DNA of 64,000 nucleotides from the NCBI RefSeq assembly GCF_009914755.1, contig NC_060944.1; one strand, written 5' to 3'. The notes beneath the pieces are model-generated. The model saw only the letters and a list, made by a program, of their open reading frames with translations, ran no database searches and was not told the DNA's origin. Positions 13,020 through 25,644 of the stretch are shown piece after piece (the stretch's first letter is position 1; each line of letters opens with the position of its first letter). This DNA is from the human T2T-CHM13v2.0 reference genome, Homo sapiens. Both the position numbers and the translations under genes were made by a program.

Positions 13020-13650
13020 CTGTTTATTCATTGTTTCAGCGCTTACTTACTCAGCACCTGCTAAGTCTGAGTACTGTTCTAGGTATCAGCAGTGAAGGAA
13101 AGAAGACTTGGTCCCCAAATGTACTTTCTTTGGGGGAAGAGCTGGATAAATAGGCTTTGTGACTCTGTGTGCTGTGTTAGATGGTGGGAGGCACTGGAGA
13201 GAAAGAGCAGGACGGAGGGTCATGTCAGGAGGTTCAGAAGCCTTGCTGGCTGGGTGGGGTGACATTTGAGGAAAGGCCTAATGGGGTGGGCACGGCCATT
13301 GCAGAGCCTCTCAGGTGGGAGTTGGTGTTGTGTTTAGAGGACATCTGCCAGTGAGAAGCCAGTTGTGCAGAGAGGGAGTAAGGAGGAGTAGTGGGGAGGA
13401 AGCTGGAGAAGTGAGAGGGGCCAGATCCTGGAGGGCCTGGAGGTCATGGTGAGGACTTTGGCATTTACTGTAGTGAGATGGGAGCCACTGGGGGATTTGT
13501 AGCAGCAGAGTGCCAAGGTCCAAGGGTTATTTTGACAGGCCTCCTCTGGCTGATGTTTGGAGGATGGGCTACAGGGCAGGAGTGGGAGCAGGAGCCCAGG
13601 TGGGAAGTGATGGTGGTGGAATTGTCATGAGCTTGGGCCACTGTACGTGA
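13020..13650. mobile_element. L2 fragment
   Basis: ggactttggcatttactgtagtgagatgggagccactgggggatttg...ctctggctg L2 3'-region signature. Confidence 0.65.
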
Positions 13651-14290
13651 AGCTGCCTGTCCAGTGCTCGCCCAGCCCATACCAGGCTCGTTTTCTGCCC
13701 CATTTTCTGAGACCCTGCTGAGGAGGGCATGCACTGGCTCCTGTGTCCAGTATGTCCTTCCATTCTCCTGACTTTGTGGGCTATTTTCAGTCTCCAGATG
13801 AAGAAACCAGTTCTTAGAAAGGTGAAGCCCCTGGCGCAGTTCCCCAGCAGGTGTTTCAGTGCTGTGGCAGGAAGGTTTTTTGATAGAAACAGCCTCAGGC
13901 CAGAGAAGTCGGCCTGAGCTGTGGATTCCTTGGGAGAAATGGGCTTTTTGCCTGCCTGCAGCCTCTGGTTTCGGCTGGAATTGGCCTTTCAAGGAGCAAA
14001 GTGTGGATCTCATCTCCTTGAGCACAGTCATGGGCAGTCAGAAGGCATCGGGGGCCCTCATGATGTCTGGGTGAAGAAAATCACTCAGCCCTTAATCAAA
14101 CTTGGTCCAGGGCTGGGATCAGAAGAAGAAACCCCACTTCACACTTGACTGCTTGGAGTGAAGCACTTCGAAAGGAAGCTGCCTGGGAAGTCCCAGAAGG
14201 GAAGGGGCAGGGAGGGAAGGGGACAGGGTGAGAGCAGGTCTCACTCATCCCAATCCCAGCCAGGATTGGGTCAGGGCCCCCAGCGCTTAC

Positions 14291-14395
14291 CTGCAGGCAA
14301 GGTGCTGCTCCACGACCTTCTCCAGCTGCTGCCGCTGCTGAATCTGTTTCCCTCCCTGAAACGTAGCCCTGTCTCTCAGCTGGCTTCCTGATCTG
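14291..14395 (-). other. SDCBP2: Probable non-coding exon 1 of SDCBP2 (5' end approximate)
   Basis: Strong minus-strand donor CAG|GTAAGC at 14291 in unique sequence with no ATG, followed upstream by TF motifs. Consistent with the remembered gene structure (~8.7 kb intron 1). Confidence 0.75.
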
Positions 14396-14520
14396 GGAAG
14401 GGTGGTGCCTGTCCCCTGTTCAGCTGACTCACCTTGGACTGGGATGGGCACAGGTGAGGGCTGTGGCTGGGTAAACAAGGCAGGTTGCCAGCCCAGAGGA
14501 GGCCTTTGGCCTTAGTCTGG
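14380..14520 (-). promoter_or_regulatory. SDCBP2: Probable SDCBP2 proximal promoter (non-CpG, tissue-specific type)
   Basis: ETS core CTTCCTG 14384-14390, AP-1 TGACTCA 14425-14431, forkhead GTAAACA 14471-14477, HNF4-like GGCCTTTGGCC ~14501. Confidence 0.5.
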
Positions 14521-16686
14521 ATTTGGAGGTGGGATTAAGGCCCTCACAGCTGCTGTTCAGACGGTTATGAACCAAGACTTCTTGGCCTTTTCTTAAATAG
14601 CTCTAAATTTGGGTTGGACACCTAGTCCTGCTGATCGAGGCAGTTGGCTAGAGGGCGGTTTGTGATAGGTATCTAGGGGTCTAGGCCAGGATATTAAAAA
14701 GTGGTCATATCCTGTGACCCAGCATTTCTTCTAGGAATTTGTTACAGTGGAGTCACAGGGCCCATCCATCACTGCTGCTTCTAGTAAGGAAAATGTAGAA
14801 ATCCCAAATGCCCATCTCTGTGGTCTGCTTGAATAAATCATTGTCTGTGGAAGATCACAGAGCTATTAAAGTCACTTAAGGAAGAAGGTATGAGGAAACA
14901 TTTCTGAGATTCTAGTGAGATGTTGAAAAATCAATATTGTGAATCTCTTCTTGCATTTTGTTTTCATTTTTTGTAAAGTGGATGTGCGTTGAAAGCAGTC
15001 TAGGAGGACATACGCTAAAATGCTGAGTATCTCTGAATGGCAGCATTGAGGGTGAGGTTTTCAGTTTGTACTTTTGTGTGTTCCAAGGTGGTTTTTTTTT
15101 TTTTAAGTTAGCTTTTGCTCTGAATGCTCATGACTTTTGTAAGGGGGAAGCAATTAAGTTTGATTATTTTAATGGGAATTTAGAGTGGTTGTCTCTTGGG
15201 AGCAGACCTAAGGAGCTGTGTGCTGAGGTGGAGATTTTTTTTTTTATGGCACATTTTTGGTGTCTTAAATTTTGAAAAGTTTAAATGTACTACTTATTCC
15301 AAAAATAATTATATAAATTTGAACAGAAAAGGAGGAAGAATTTAGTTTAGATCCTGGTGGGTTTGGTTGGGTGAGGGTGCCTGTCGCACTGGGTGCCTGG
15401 GGAGGGACGAGGGACTCGTGTGCTGGGCAGTCCCATGAGGATTGACGCTGTACACACTCAGGGTGTGTCAGTATCTGGGCTGCTTCCTGGGCCAGGCAGG
15501 CCTACGTCACAGTTCCCATGACCCACCTGGCAGAGTTGCACTAGCCTTGGGTGTCAGATCTTGTGCCTGCCAATGAAGAGCTTACAGCCCAGAGTCCCAC
15601 ACAGGAAACACACAATAGGAATAATAACAAGAAAGACATTTGCCACTAATTCAGCACTTACTCCCAGAGAGCACAGAGATTCTACCCCTGGCACTTTAAA
15701 GGCATTATCTCAATGGCTTCTCATGCCATCCCTGCAGAGTAGGTGTGACTCACACCATTCCTCCAGGTGGGGACACTGAGGCACAGAGGCAAAGTTTCTC
15801 TCTCAAGTTAGCTGGAAAGTGGGCCAAGTTCATGTCTTCTCTTCTATGGGACATACTGTTTCAGAAAGCTGAGGTGTGGGGCAACCTCAGAGTAAGCTGT
15901 GTGGGCCTGAAGCTGAGGTAACGTGGGTGATGGACCCACCTTAGGTCAGGTGTCCAAGGCCAAAGCAAAGTGGAAAATAGAGATCCTAACTAAACCAAGC
16001 CACTCCTCCCCCACCTCACTTCATTCAGTCATGACCTGAAAGGGCCTTTATAGAAGAGGGAGGAGGAAGCAGGCCCTTCCAGGTAAGGGGCTTGCCTGTG
16101 GTCCCAGCATGTCAGCATGGAGCCCAGGTCCCCTAACTCCCACCTATTTAATACCTACAGGGACTCTCTTTCTATTCCCTCTTTGGATAGTTGCCACCCA
16201 TCACTGACTTCCAGCCACCTGGAAATATCTTTCATTGGGCATGCCCTTGCTCGAACTCTTCAGTGGCTCCCTCCTGCTTCAGGGTCTGGGCTAAACTCCC
16301 AGGGCTGACATGGAGACCTCCACAGCCCACTCCCTTTATTACCTCCTCAGCACTCCCCCAGCACCTCTGCCTCAGCTGGACTGGGAGCCCCACCATTCCT
16401 GCCCCACTGCACACCCACTTCCTACCTGCCCTGACTCCATACCTTTGCCTGTCCTGCTGCTGCCCCTGGAACACCTTCTCCTGCCCCCACCCACCTAGCC
16501 ACATCCACCACTGAGCTCCTCCAGGAAGCCTCTGGGATCCCCCACATCCATGTGGCCTCTCCCGCCTCTGACTCTGGATCAGACGCTCCTGTTCCATTCT
16601 TTAATAATCATCATCTTGTACTCATGTGTACCTTTTAGGCTACTAGTTAGACCCTAAGTTCCCTGAGGGCAGGGCCAAGTTATTAG

Positions 16687-17073
<387 letters not shown>

Positions 17074-17347
17074 TAAAACTTTGGGTGGCCAGTAAACAGC
17101 ACACACTCAGAAACTCCCTGGTAGCACCCATGGCACCCTGAGTAATCAACCACTAATGTCCTTCCTGCTGGGCCCAGAGGCCTCTCCGGATCCTCTCGTC
17201 ATAATGCTGCAGGCAGCTACCGTCACCTAGAGTTGGCTCATGAGGTGAAGTCTCCATGCCATCTGGAATGGGTGCTCCATGATGGCAGGGGCTTGTCTTA
17301 ACCCTGAGGCCTAGTACTATGCCTGGCACATAGCAGGCTCACAGTAA

Positions 17348-17668
17348 ATTTTTTTTTTTTTTTTGAGATATGGTCTTGCTCTGTCTGCCAGGCTCAAGTG
17401 ATCCTCCTGTCTCAGCCTCCTACGATCCTCCTGCCTCAGCCTCCCAAGATCCTCCTGCCTCAGCCTCCCACAATCCTCCTGCCTCAGCCTCCTGAATAGC
17501 TGGGACCACAGGCGTATGCCACCACAGCTGGTTAATTTTTGTATTTTCTGTAGAGATGGGGTTTTGCCATGTTGCCTAGGCTGGTTTTGAACTCCTGGGC
17601 TCAAGGGATGTATCCACCTTGGCCTCCCAAAGTACTGAGATTACAGGCGTGAGCCACCACACCTGGCC
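17348..17668 (-). mobile_element. Alu with an internal deletion and a 24-bp x4 tandem repeat
   Basis: Reverse Alu; TSD cagtaaat. Confidence 0.92.
17400..17495. repeat. Minisatellite, 4 x 24 bp (GATCCTCCTGCCTCAGCCTCCCAA-like)
   Basis: Units start at 17400, 17424, 17448 and 17472. Confidence 0.95.
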
Positions 17669-18719
17669 TCAGTAAATATTGACTGAGTGAATAAATGCCC
17701 CTCCTAGAAAAGTCAATCACAGTTAGAAACTTAAATGGCTGACCCTTATTTAAAAGATGGGTTGGGCTGGGGCATCCGATCTGAGTCCCAGCTCTGTGAT
17801 GTTGCACATGTTACTAAACCTCTCTGAGCTGTAGTTTCCACACCTACCTTCTTTATAGACTTATCCTGAAGACTAAATGAGGTAACCATGTGAAGTACCT
17901 AGGACACAGCTGGCATTTAGTAAATGTTAGTTTCCTACTTTCTCATGGCTGCATGTCACAGAAACAGTCATCTGATTGGAGTGAAAATAGAGATGCTCTT
18001 CCCAGAAGAAGAGAGAATGTCGGCTGGGCAGAGAAGGAGCTGCTCTACACTCCAGCCCTCTGCATGGAATCTGGGTAGTGCAGCAAGACCCTGGCTTATG
18101 TCATCACAGCTTTGTTCCTACTGCTGAATTGAAATAATAACAGGAAGCGTAGCATTTATTGAGCTCCTGCACACTGGGTGCTCTGCTGGGCACTGGGCAT
18201 ACACTGATCTCATCTGTTCACCATAATTCCCAGCTTCAGAGTGAAGCACTTTGCCCAAGGCAACACACCCCAAGAGTGGTAAGGCCAGGCCTTGGCTCTG
18301 AACCTCTAGGAGTCTCCTACCCTAGTGCAGCTGAGTCACAGATTTCTCTTTAAGAAACCCACAAAGAAGTCCTTAGGTGGCAAAAATTTGATCACATGGC
18401 CACATAGAGCTGCATGGGAGACTGGGAAATGGAGGCAGTCTATTGTTAGCAGGTTCTGTGCCAGCCTCTACTATAGCATGCTGTGAAGCCCTGCCCTTTC
18501 TGGACCTCAGTCTCCGTATTTGGCCAGGGAAGAGTTTGGATGGATTTTCTCTGAGGTTTGCCCTAACGGTACTAAGGCCCCACAAAGGGCCAACTCTATT
18601 GCCACTTCCAGTCCCTCCTGTGGCGTGAACACCAAAGATGTCCACTATGAGCATTTGGTCTCCAAACACAATGTCCTTCATGCTATTTCTGAGCTCCATC
18701 TTGGTTTTGCTTTTTGGAG

Positions 18720-19100
18720 ATGTGTGTGAGTTAAGGTAGGCCAGGTTATGCTGCAGCAACAAACAACCCTGAAATCTTGGTGGCTCCTAATAGGAAGTGT
18801 CATTCTCATGCACGCTACTACCCGTCAAGGGCTGGCAGGGTCCCCATGTCTCCTTACTCCAGGACTGGGGGTGATGGAGCAGCTGCCATCTCAAAGGCCG
18901 TCAGAAGCCACGGCAGAGGGAAAGAGATCTCTATCTGGCAATTAAGTGCTCCAGCCCAAATGACAGATGTCACTTCTCACACCTTGTTGGCCAGGTTACC
19001 CCACCTCCCAATCACAAGGGAACAGGGAGCTGCCATCCCACCACATGCCTGGAAGGCAAAGAGTAGGAAATATAGGAGGATGACATTAATAACAACCTCA
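18720..19100. mobile_element. Old MaLR LTR (MLT1J/K-like)
   Basis: aggttatgctgcagcaacaaacaaccctgaaatc signature. Confidence 0.6.
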
Positions 19101-19295
19101 GGCCTCTGTTCCAGAGTGTCTGCCAGCCAGCTCTGATCATCTGTGTCAGGGCAGGGGTAGCAGATGTGGCCTGGGAGGCTGCACCGAGCCCTGCTGGGAC
19201 CTACATGGGGAGTGAGGGGCTGAAGAGATGGAAAGACGTCTGACATTCTGGAGTCTGGGGCCGAGGCTGGACAGCGCAACCTGCCACTGTAGGTA

Positions 19296-19580
19296 GAATT
19301 CCTATGTTGAAACTGAATCTCCAATGTGATAGTACTAAGAGGTGGGGACTTTTGGAAGGTGATTACGTCATTAGGGCAGAGATTAGGACTCTTATACAAG
19401 AGGTCTGAGGGAACTTGTTTGCCCCTTTACGTGACGATGCAGTAAGAAAATGTAATCTTTGAAGCAGAGAGCACCTTGATCTTGGACTTCCCAGCCTCCA
19501 GAATTATAAGCAGTAAATTCCTGTTAAAAAATTACCCAGTTTAAGGTATGCTGTTACAACACCCTGAATGGACTAAGACA
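19296..19580 (+). mobile_element. MaLR LTR (MST/MLT1A-like)
   Basis: aattcctatgttgaaac...caccttgatcttggacttcccagcctccagaa...gactaagaca. Confidence 0.8.
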
Positions 19581-20377
19581 CAGTCCCAGGCAGGAGCGTT
19601 AGTTTCCACTTCTGCAAAATTGGGGCAGTATTCCCTAACCTGCAGAATTTTGATGAAGATGAAATGGATGAGTAACAGTGGGGAAACTTCTGTCTACTCC
19701 CAGCAGCCTTCTACGGAAGGTGGACTTTTCAGCAGAAGACTCTGCCCAGCTGAGCCCTATGCTGGATTTGGGTGGTCAAATTTGAGAGCAGGAGCTTGGC
19801 AAAGAGGGGCTTTGGGGAGGCAGTCAGTTTGGCGGGGGCATATTGTAAGACTGTGTGCTTACAAAAGCACAATATATTCCTAAGATTTCTTTGGGGTGAC
19901 TTTATTTGGGACAGTTTTGGGGGAGTTGACGGAGGTGGGGGCACTCTGGCCCCTGATGCCTTCCCCCATTCAAACAGACTTGGGGGTTCCTGTGGCAATG
20001 CACAAGATGGGGGTGCAAAAAGGGGGCAAGAGAAGGAAGGTAGCATGATGGACAGAGGCTGGACCAGTATAGTGACCCCCAGGGAAGGTCCCCTGGGAGG
20101 GTGCAGGCAAGTAGGAGGGTACTCTGAGAATAGAGTCAGGTTCTGAAGCTGTTGCCTTCCTATGATGCAAGCCTCAGCTCCTCCTCCATCCTCAAATCTT
20201 CAGTAAACGCCCTCTGTTGACAGGACATTCACTACTGCACAGTGGGCACTCAGCTGCTGCTTTGTGTCATCTCGTGTCATGACATGTCATGTCAAAGCCA
20301 ACCTGTGGACACACAGGTCCTCTCGGCTTCCCTCAGGTGGGGGTGGGGAGAAAGCAGGTCAAAAGCCCAGCCTTGGT

Positions 20378-21250
20378 GGGAATGTAAACCAGTACAACTG
20401 CTACGGAAAACAGTATGGAGATTCCTTAAAGAACTGAAAGTAGAACTACCATTCGATCCAGCAATCCTATTACTGGGTATCTCCCCAAAGGAAAAGAAGT
20501 CATTGTATGAAAAAGATACATGCACACACATGTTTATAGCAGCACAGTTGGCAATTGCAAAAATATGGAAACAATGTAAATGCCCATTAACCAATGGGTG
20601 GATACAGAAAATGTGGTATATATACACAATAGAATACTACTCAGCCATAAAACGGGACAAAATAATGGCCTTTGCAGCAACTTGGATGGGGCTGGAGGCC
20701 ATTATTCTGAGTGAGGTAACTCAGGAATGGAAAACCAAATATCATATATTCTCTTGGGGTTTTTTTTTGTTCTTTTGTTTTTGTTTTTTGAGACGGAGTC
20801 TCGCTCTGTCGCCCAGGCTGGAGTGCAGTGGCATGCGAACTCGGCTCACTGCAACCTCTGCCTACCAGGTTCAAGCAATTCTCCTGCCTTAGCCTCCCAA
20901 GTAGCTGGGACTACAGGTGCGCACACCACCATGCCTGGCTAATTTTTGTATTTTTAGTAGAGACGGGGTTTCACCATGCTGGCCCGGCTGGTCTTGAACT
21001 CCTGACTTTGTGATGTTCTCTCTTTTAAGTGGGAGCTAAGCTATGAGGATGCAAAGGTGAAGAAGAATAATATAATGGACTTTGGGGACTCACAGGGGAG
21101 GGTGGGAGAGGTTGAGGGATTAGAGGCTACATACTGGGTACAGTGTACACTGCTCAGTTGACAGGTGTACCAAAATCTCAGAACTCACCACTAAAGAACT
21201 TACCCGTGTAACCAAAAACCACCTGTACCCCAAAACCTATTGAAATAAAA
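20378..21250 (+). mobile_element. 5'-truncated L1 (L1PB-like 3' end) with a 17-bp TSD, containing an Alu
   Basis: ORF2 C-terminal motif [30 protein letters not shown]; TSD AAAAGCCYAGCCTTGGT at 20361-20377 and 21249-21265. Confidence 0.92.
20760..21012 (-). mobile_element. 5'-truncated Alu inside the L1
   Basis: Reverse Alu ending at ctcctgactttgtg; TSD-like atRttctct. Confidence 0.9.
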
Positions 21251-21424
21251 AAGCCTAGCCTTGGTCCTGCCCAGCGCAGAGAGACATGAAGCTATGACTT
21301 GGATTTACTCTTCCAAAAGCCTCCAATAGCCAGCCCTGATCTGCTGACACAGTTCCCCTTCTGAGCAGAGAAATGGAGGAGAAGGCAGCAGAAAGATGAG
21401 AAAGAATCTCCCATGAGATCAGGG

Positions 21425-21916
21425 GCTAGCTCATTAATCTAGGTGAGTATGCCATTTTGGAGATAGACAAACTGAGCCCTGGAGAGGTCAAATGACTCAG
21501 TAATGCAGCCAGACTATGGCACAGGCAGGGTGATGAGCCACATCTGCCTTCCTGTAGCCACCAGACAAGGGAAGCAGGGGCACAGAACAGTCACATAGCA
21601 ATTCAGTAGCAGAGCCAGGATCCAGTGACCCCAAACCCTGGTCTCTCCCGACTGCTAGCCTGGGAATGTTGCCCAGCTCTTTCACCCACTTTTGGCCTTG
21701 CCTCTTCACCGCACCTGAGGATCCAGGGACCCCAAGCCCTGGTTTCCTGGCTGCCAGCCTGGGAACATTGCCCAGCTCTTTCACCCACTTTTGGCATTGG
21801 CTCCTCACCACACCTGTGCCAGTGGCTGGCTGGGTTACTCGGAGTCGTTTGACTCCTCCAGGGCTCAGTTTGTCTAATCTCCAAAATGGCATGTTCACCT
21901 AGATTGAATAGCTAGC
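21425..21916. repeat. Inverted repeat (~115-120 bp arms, 21425-21540 and 21797-21916) with a ~100-bp tandem duplication (21617-21717 / 21718-21816) in the spacer
   Basis: Direct alignment by eye, e.g. atgccattttggagat-agacaaactgagccctggag against the reverse complement of ctccagggctcagtttgtctaatctccaaaatggcat. Confidence 0.9.
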
Positions 21917-23939
21917 TTCTAATCTCAGGGAAGTGTCTATCTTGTCTTTCTGGGGAGATTCTGGGTGTCAGATAGGGAGAGGCAGCATGACCTGAGAAAT
22001 CTAAGCCCCAGACACTAGAGGCGGAACTGGTCCCCCCTGCATCCTGGCCGGAAGCAGCATTTGAAGCTGATCTTGAGCGAGACAGTATGAGGACAGCCAT
22101 TGCCATTGTTGCACACATGATCTTACTCAACCCTCAGGTGGCCCTGTCGAGTGGGTTCCTTCGTTTTCTAGTTTTTCCATTGAGAAAACACAAGTAGGAT
22201 TCAGTCTGAAGACTGGTAGTTCAGTGCTCCCAACAAGGGGCAGGAGGGGCCTGGCTGAGCACCCTGAGGGTGGAGTCGGGGCAGGTGCCAGAACACGGAT
22301 GCTTTCCCGTCTGGCTGGAGCTGCTCCCGCTGTGTTCCGGAGCAGGGCAGAACAGGAAGGCAGGAACAATGGGCAGCCGGCAGTGGCGGGGTGCTGGGGT
22401 TCCTGAGCCAGGGGTGGGGAGGCTCAGGCCTGGTCACCACCAAGGCTGGGGGTGCAAGTTTCCTGTGCAAGAGACTAACAAGATTAGCCACTAACATTTT
22501 TGAGCACTTACTGTATGTCCGGACCCGTGTTAGACACTTTAGATGGATTAGCCTCATTTTACAGATAAACAAATTGGGGCACAGAGAGTTTAAATGAAAT
22601 GCTCAAGGTAAGTAAGAGGTGAAAGATTTGAACCCAGGCAGACTGGCTTCAGATCCTATGCTCTTAACTACTATAACTTTATATGTGTATACATACATAT
22701 ATGATTATATGCATGTTATACATACTTTCTCATAATTTTCCCCTTTCACTTAATTTACCATTGCCAGTTTTCTGTGTCATCAATATCATCCTTGTTTACA
22801 GTGCTAACGTGCCGGGAAGACCTTGTCCATGTGTCCTGGCCACATCCCAGTCTGTTCTTCCCATGACCTGAGGGGTCTGGATTTCCACTGTTGGTGCTGT
22901 CATTGAGTTAAGGTGCGGTGCCTCTCGTTTAAACTGCTGATAACAGTGGTGGCACCAAGGTGTGGGCTGGGGGGTGCTTAAGCCCCTTTTAATCTCTATC
23001 ATAATAACTCCCTTATCCAAATAAACACCATCGACATAAAATAATGTGCTTTTATGCAAACAGTACTTCAAGACAGGCCTCCCTCCCCAGCTCAATCATT
23101 GCTGCACCTAAGCATTCCCACAGAGAAGTCCCCCAGGTAGCCTGGCTGGTGGGTTAATGTCAGAGTGGTGCTGGCTCTGAACGCAGCTGTGGGAGCACTG
23201 CTGGTATCTTAGGATCCGGTGGGGTGGAGATTTGGAGCCCAGGAAGACCCAGCCTGACCTGGTGGTGGTGGCTTCAGAAAGAGCTGGAGAGGGTAGAGGC
23301 CCTTGCCTAGGGCTCTTACTGCATTGTATGTAAGATGAAGGCCACAGATTGGTGCTGTCAAGACTGGGAAGGCCTGTGGGACTCAGGACCCCAGGGTAAG
23401 ACTGACCTGCCCCTCCTTTCACCTGAGACAGACTGGGAGATCCCAGGGCACTGGGGGCAGGGGAGCGGAAGGGGCTTGTTGAAAATATCCACCATGGCAG
23501 CTAGGAGAGCCTGCTGGAGCCGCTCCTCCGGGGGTGATGAACAAGCTGGAGGACCCCTCCTGGAACCCCCTTTTTGCCCTCACAAGGCCAGCTGGGAGCA
23601 CTGGATAGGGAACGAGACACCTGAGTTTTGTGTTCTAGTTTCATCGCTGCCTGTGGGTGGCTATGTGGCCCTGGGCAAGTCACTCTCCCTTGGTAGCCTC
23701 TGGCTTCCCACCCCTACCATACCAGGGAACACCATGGACTCTCCCGTTCTGCCAGATGGTCTAACAAAGATGCTTTCCCTCTTGGGTCACCTGGGCTGGC
23801 AGGTGGGTGATTCAGAAGTCACCTTTCTGAACCTCCAACTATTATTACATATTAATATACATTTACATAATTACCTTCCAGGTATGGCCTTTGGGGGTCA
23901 CCTGTTATCCACTTCCCCTTATGGTAGCTGTCCTCTATT

Positions 23940-24420
23940 TTCATCTGGGGAAGCCTCCTCTCCTCCACCTCAGCCATGTGCAGTGGATGGAGTTGACTCT
24001 TCTTCTGGCTCCAAAAGGGGAAGAGAGGCTTGCGGATCTGTGCATTCCATTTCCCAAACCTCAGAGGAATGGGGGTTGGGTGGGGCATGTGACCCAATTC
24101 CAGCCCATGGCATCAGGCTTAGAACTGGTCCTGATTATGGAGAAGTCTGGAAGCGTCAAACCTGAGGGGATTTGAGGTTGGAGTTAACTGGCAGCCATCC
24201 TGCCCCCATGGAGAATGGAGCCATTGCAGAAAAGGCGGAGCTGGGGATGGAGAGAGAGACCCAGGGCCTCCTGATGCAGCTTAACCCCTCAAGTCCAGCT
24301 GTGCGTGAAGCCAACTGCTCACCCTTAGGCTTTTCAGGTACAAGACAATCAAATGCCTTTTTCACTGAAGCCAGTTTGAAGTGGGTTTTCTGTTGCTTAC
24401 AGCTAGAAAAAGCCTGACTT
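23940..24420. mobile_element. Old ERVL-type LTR (LTR16-like)
   Basis: cagccatgtg...gggcatgtgacccaattccagcc...gccagtttgaagtgggttttctgttgcttacagc. Confidence 0.55.
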
Positions 24421-24504
24421 TTGTTGATGTTACTTAATTCTATGCTGCCATCAAAGGTACGATGATTTTTTAAAGGAAAATATTAAATCTGCTTAATAAC
24501 AGGT

Positions 24505-24805
24505 TATTTTTATTTTTATTTTTTTGAGAAGGTCTGGCTCTGTCGCCCAAGCTGGAGTGCAGTGCCGCAATCTCGGCTTACTGCAACCTCCGCTTCCTGG
24601 GCTTAAGGCATCATCCCGCCTCATCCTCCCAGCCTCCCAAGTAGCTGGGACTACAGATACATGCCACCACACCCTGATAATTTTTGTATTTTTAGTAGAG
24701 ATGATGTTTCTCCATGTTGCTCAGGCTGGTCTTGAACTCAAGCAATCCACCCACCTCGGCCTCCCAAAGTGCTGGGATGACAGGCCTGAGCCACTGCACC
24801 TGACC
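24505..24805 (-). mobile_element. Alu
   Basis: Reverse Alu; TSD taataacag. Confidence 0.92.
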
Positions 24806-24958
24806 TAATAACAGTGTTGTTTTTTTTTTAATTAAAAAGATGCAAATCAGGTTTCCCTTGTAAAAAAAACTGACACTAGTGTATTTTTACTTATAAAATT
24901 GCATACCACCATCTCCTTTGGTGATATGATCAAAGTTCTTCACATCTAGAGTCTAGAC

Positions 24959-25610
24959 TGTGAGAAACAAACTCACCCGTCCAAACCCAAAGAATGGACT
25001 CAGAGACACGGAGAATAGCGGAAGTGAGACTTTTAATACAGTCTTGCAAGATCAGGTGTCTGGTGGGCAGGCATACCCCGCACAGTTACAACAAGCAATT
25101 TATCCTCTAGTGTGCAGGTCCCTCTCCTGGTTCCTCATAGGCTGAGTATTATGGAGACCAGCGTTGGCCAGGCTGGTCTCAAACTCCTGACAAGTGATCC
25201 ACCCGCTTCGGCCTCCGAAAGTGCTGGGATTACAGGCATGAGCCACCGCGCCTGGCCAGGTAGGGGTTTTGGGTGTTTTCTTTAGGGTTGTCTCGGTGCA
25301 TTTTGTTGCAGCCCATAATGCATTGCAATTATAGTCTGCTCAAGGGCTTTTTAAGTATTTGACCTATGACCTAGGTAGTCAGGCAAGCTGATAAAAGAAT
25401 AGATAAAGTGAGCTATTTTGCAGGCTAGTAAATTTTCATTCTAGACTAAACTCTTAGGTTCGGATGAGAGCAACTAAGGGCACCCCAACAAGCAGGCTCC
25501 AGCTATTGAAGCAAGGGCCTAGGATATTCTGTCCTTCTGTAGCTGGCAGACCCAGGCCTACTTGAGGCACTTCATCTTGGAAATGGACCACCATTTACAT
25601 ATTTCCTACA
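24959..25610 (-). mobile_element. Solo ERV1 LTR (LTR19-like) carrying an Alu left-arm fragment (25163-25257)
   Basis: TG...CA termini flanked by the 5-bp TSD TAGAC (24954-24958, 25611-25615). Confidence 0.85.
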
Positions 25611-25644
25611 TAGACTTTGGAGGTGTTTAGCAATTTTTACTTTC

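Noticed and set aside
14287-14478. Q/E-rich ORF through SDCBP2 exon 1, as a possible N-terminal extension
   Set aside because: After splicing it reads AG|G GTG TTC TGA, an in-frame stop upstream of the SDCBP2 ATG, and it has no ATG.
20242-20892. 216-aa ORF
   Set aside because: Chimera of the L1 ORF2 C-terminus and an antisense Alu.
17400-21816. Repeats superficially resembling a CRISPR array
   Set aside because: Mammalian DNA; the repeats are contiguous with no unique spacers and derive from Alu or local duplication.
23335-24165. Longest ORF in the track (276 aa, + strand)
   Set aside because: No recognisable domain; it runs through a MIR-like segment and an LTR16-like element in GC-rich sequence, so it is probably a chance ORF.
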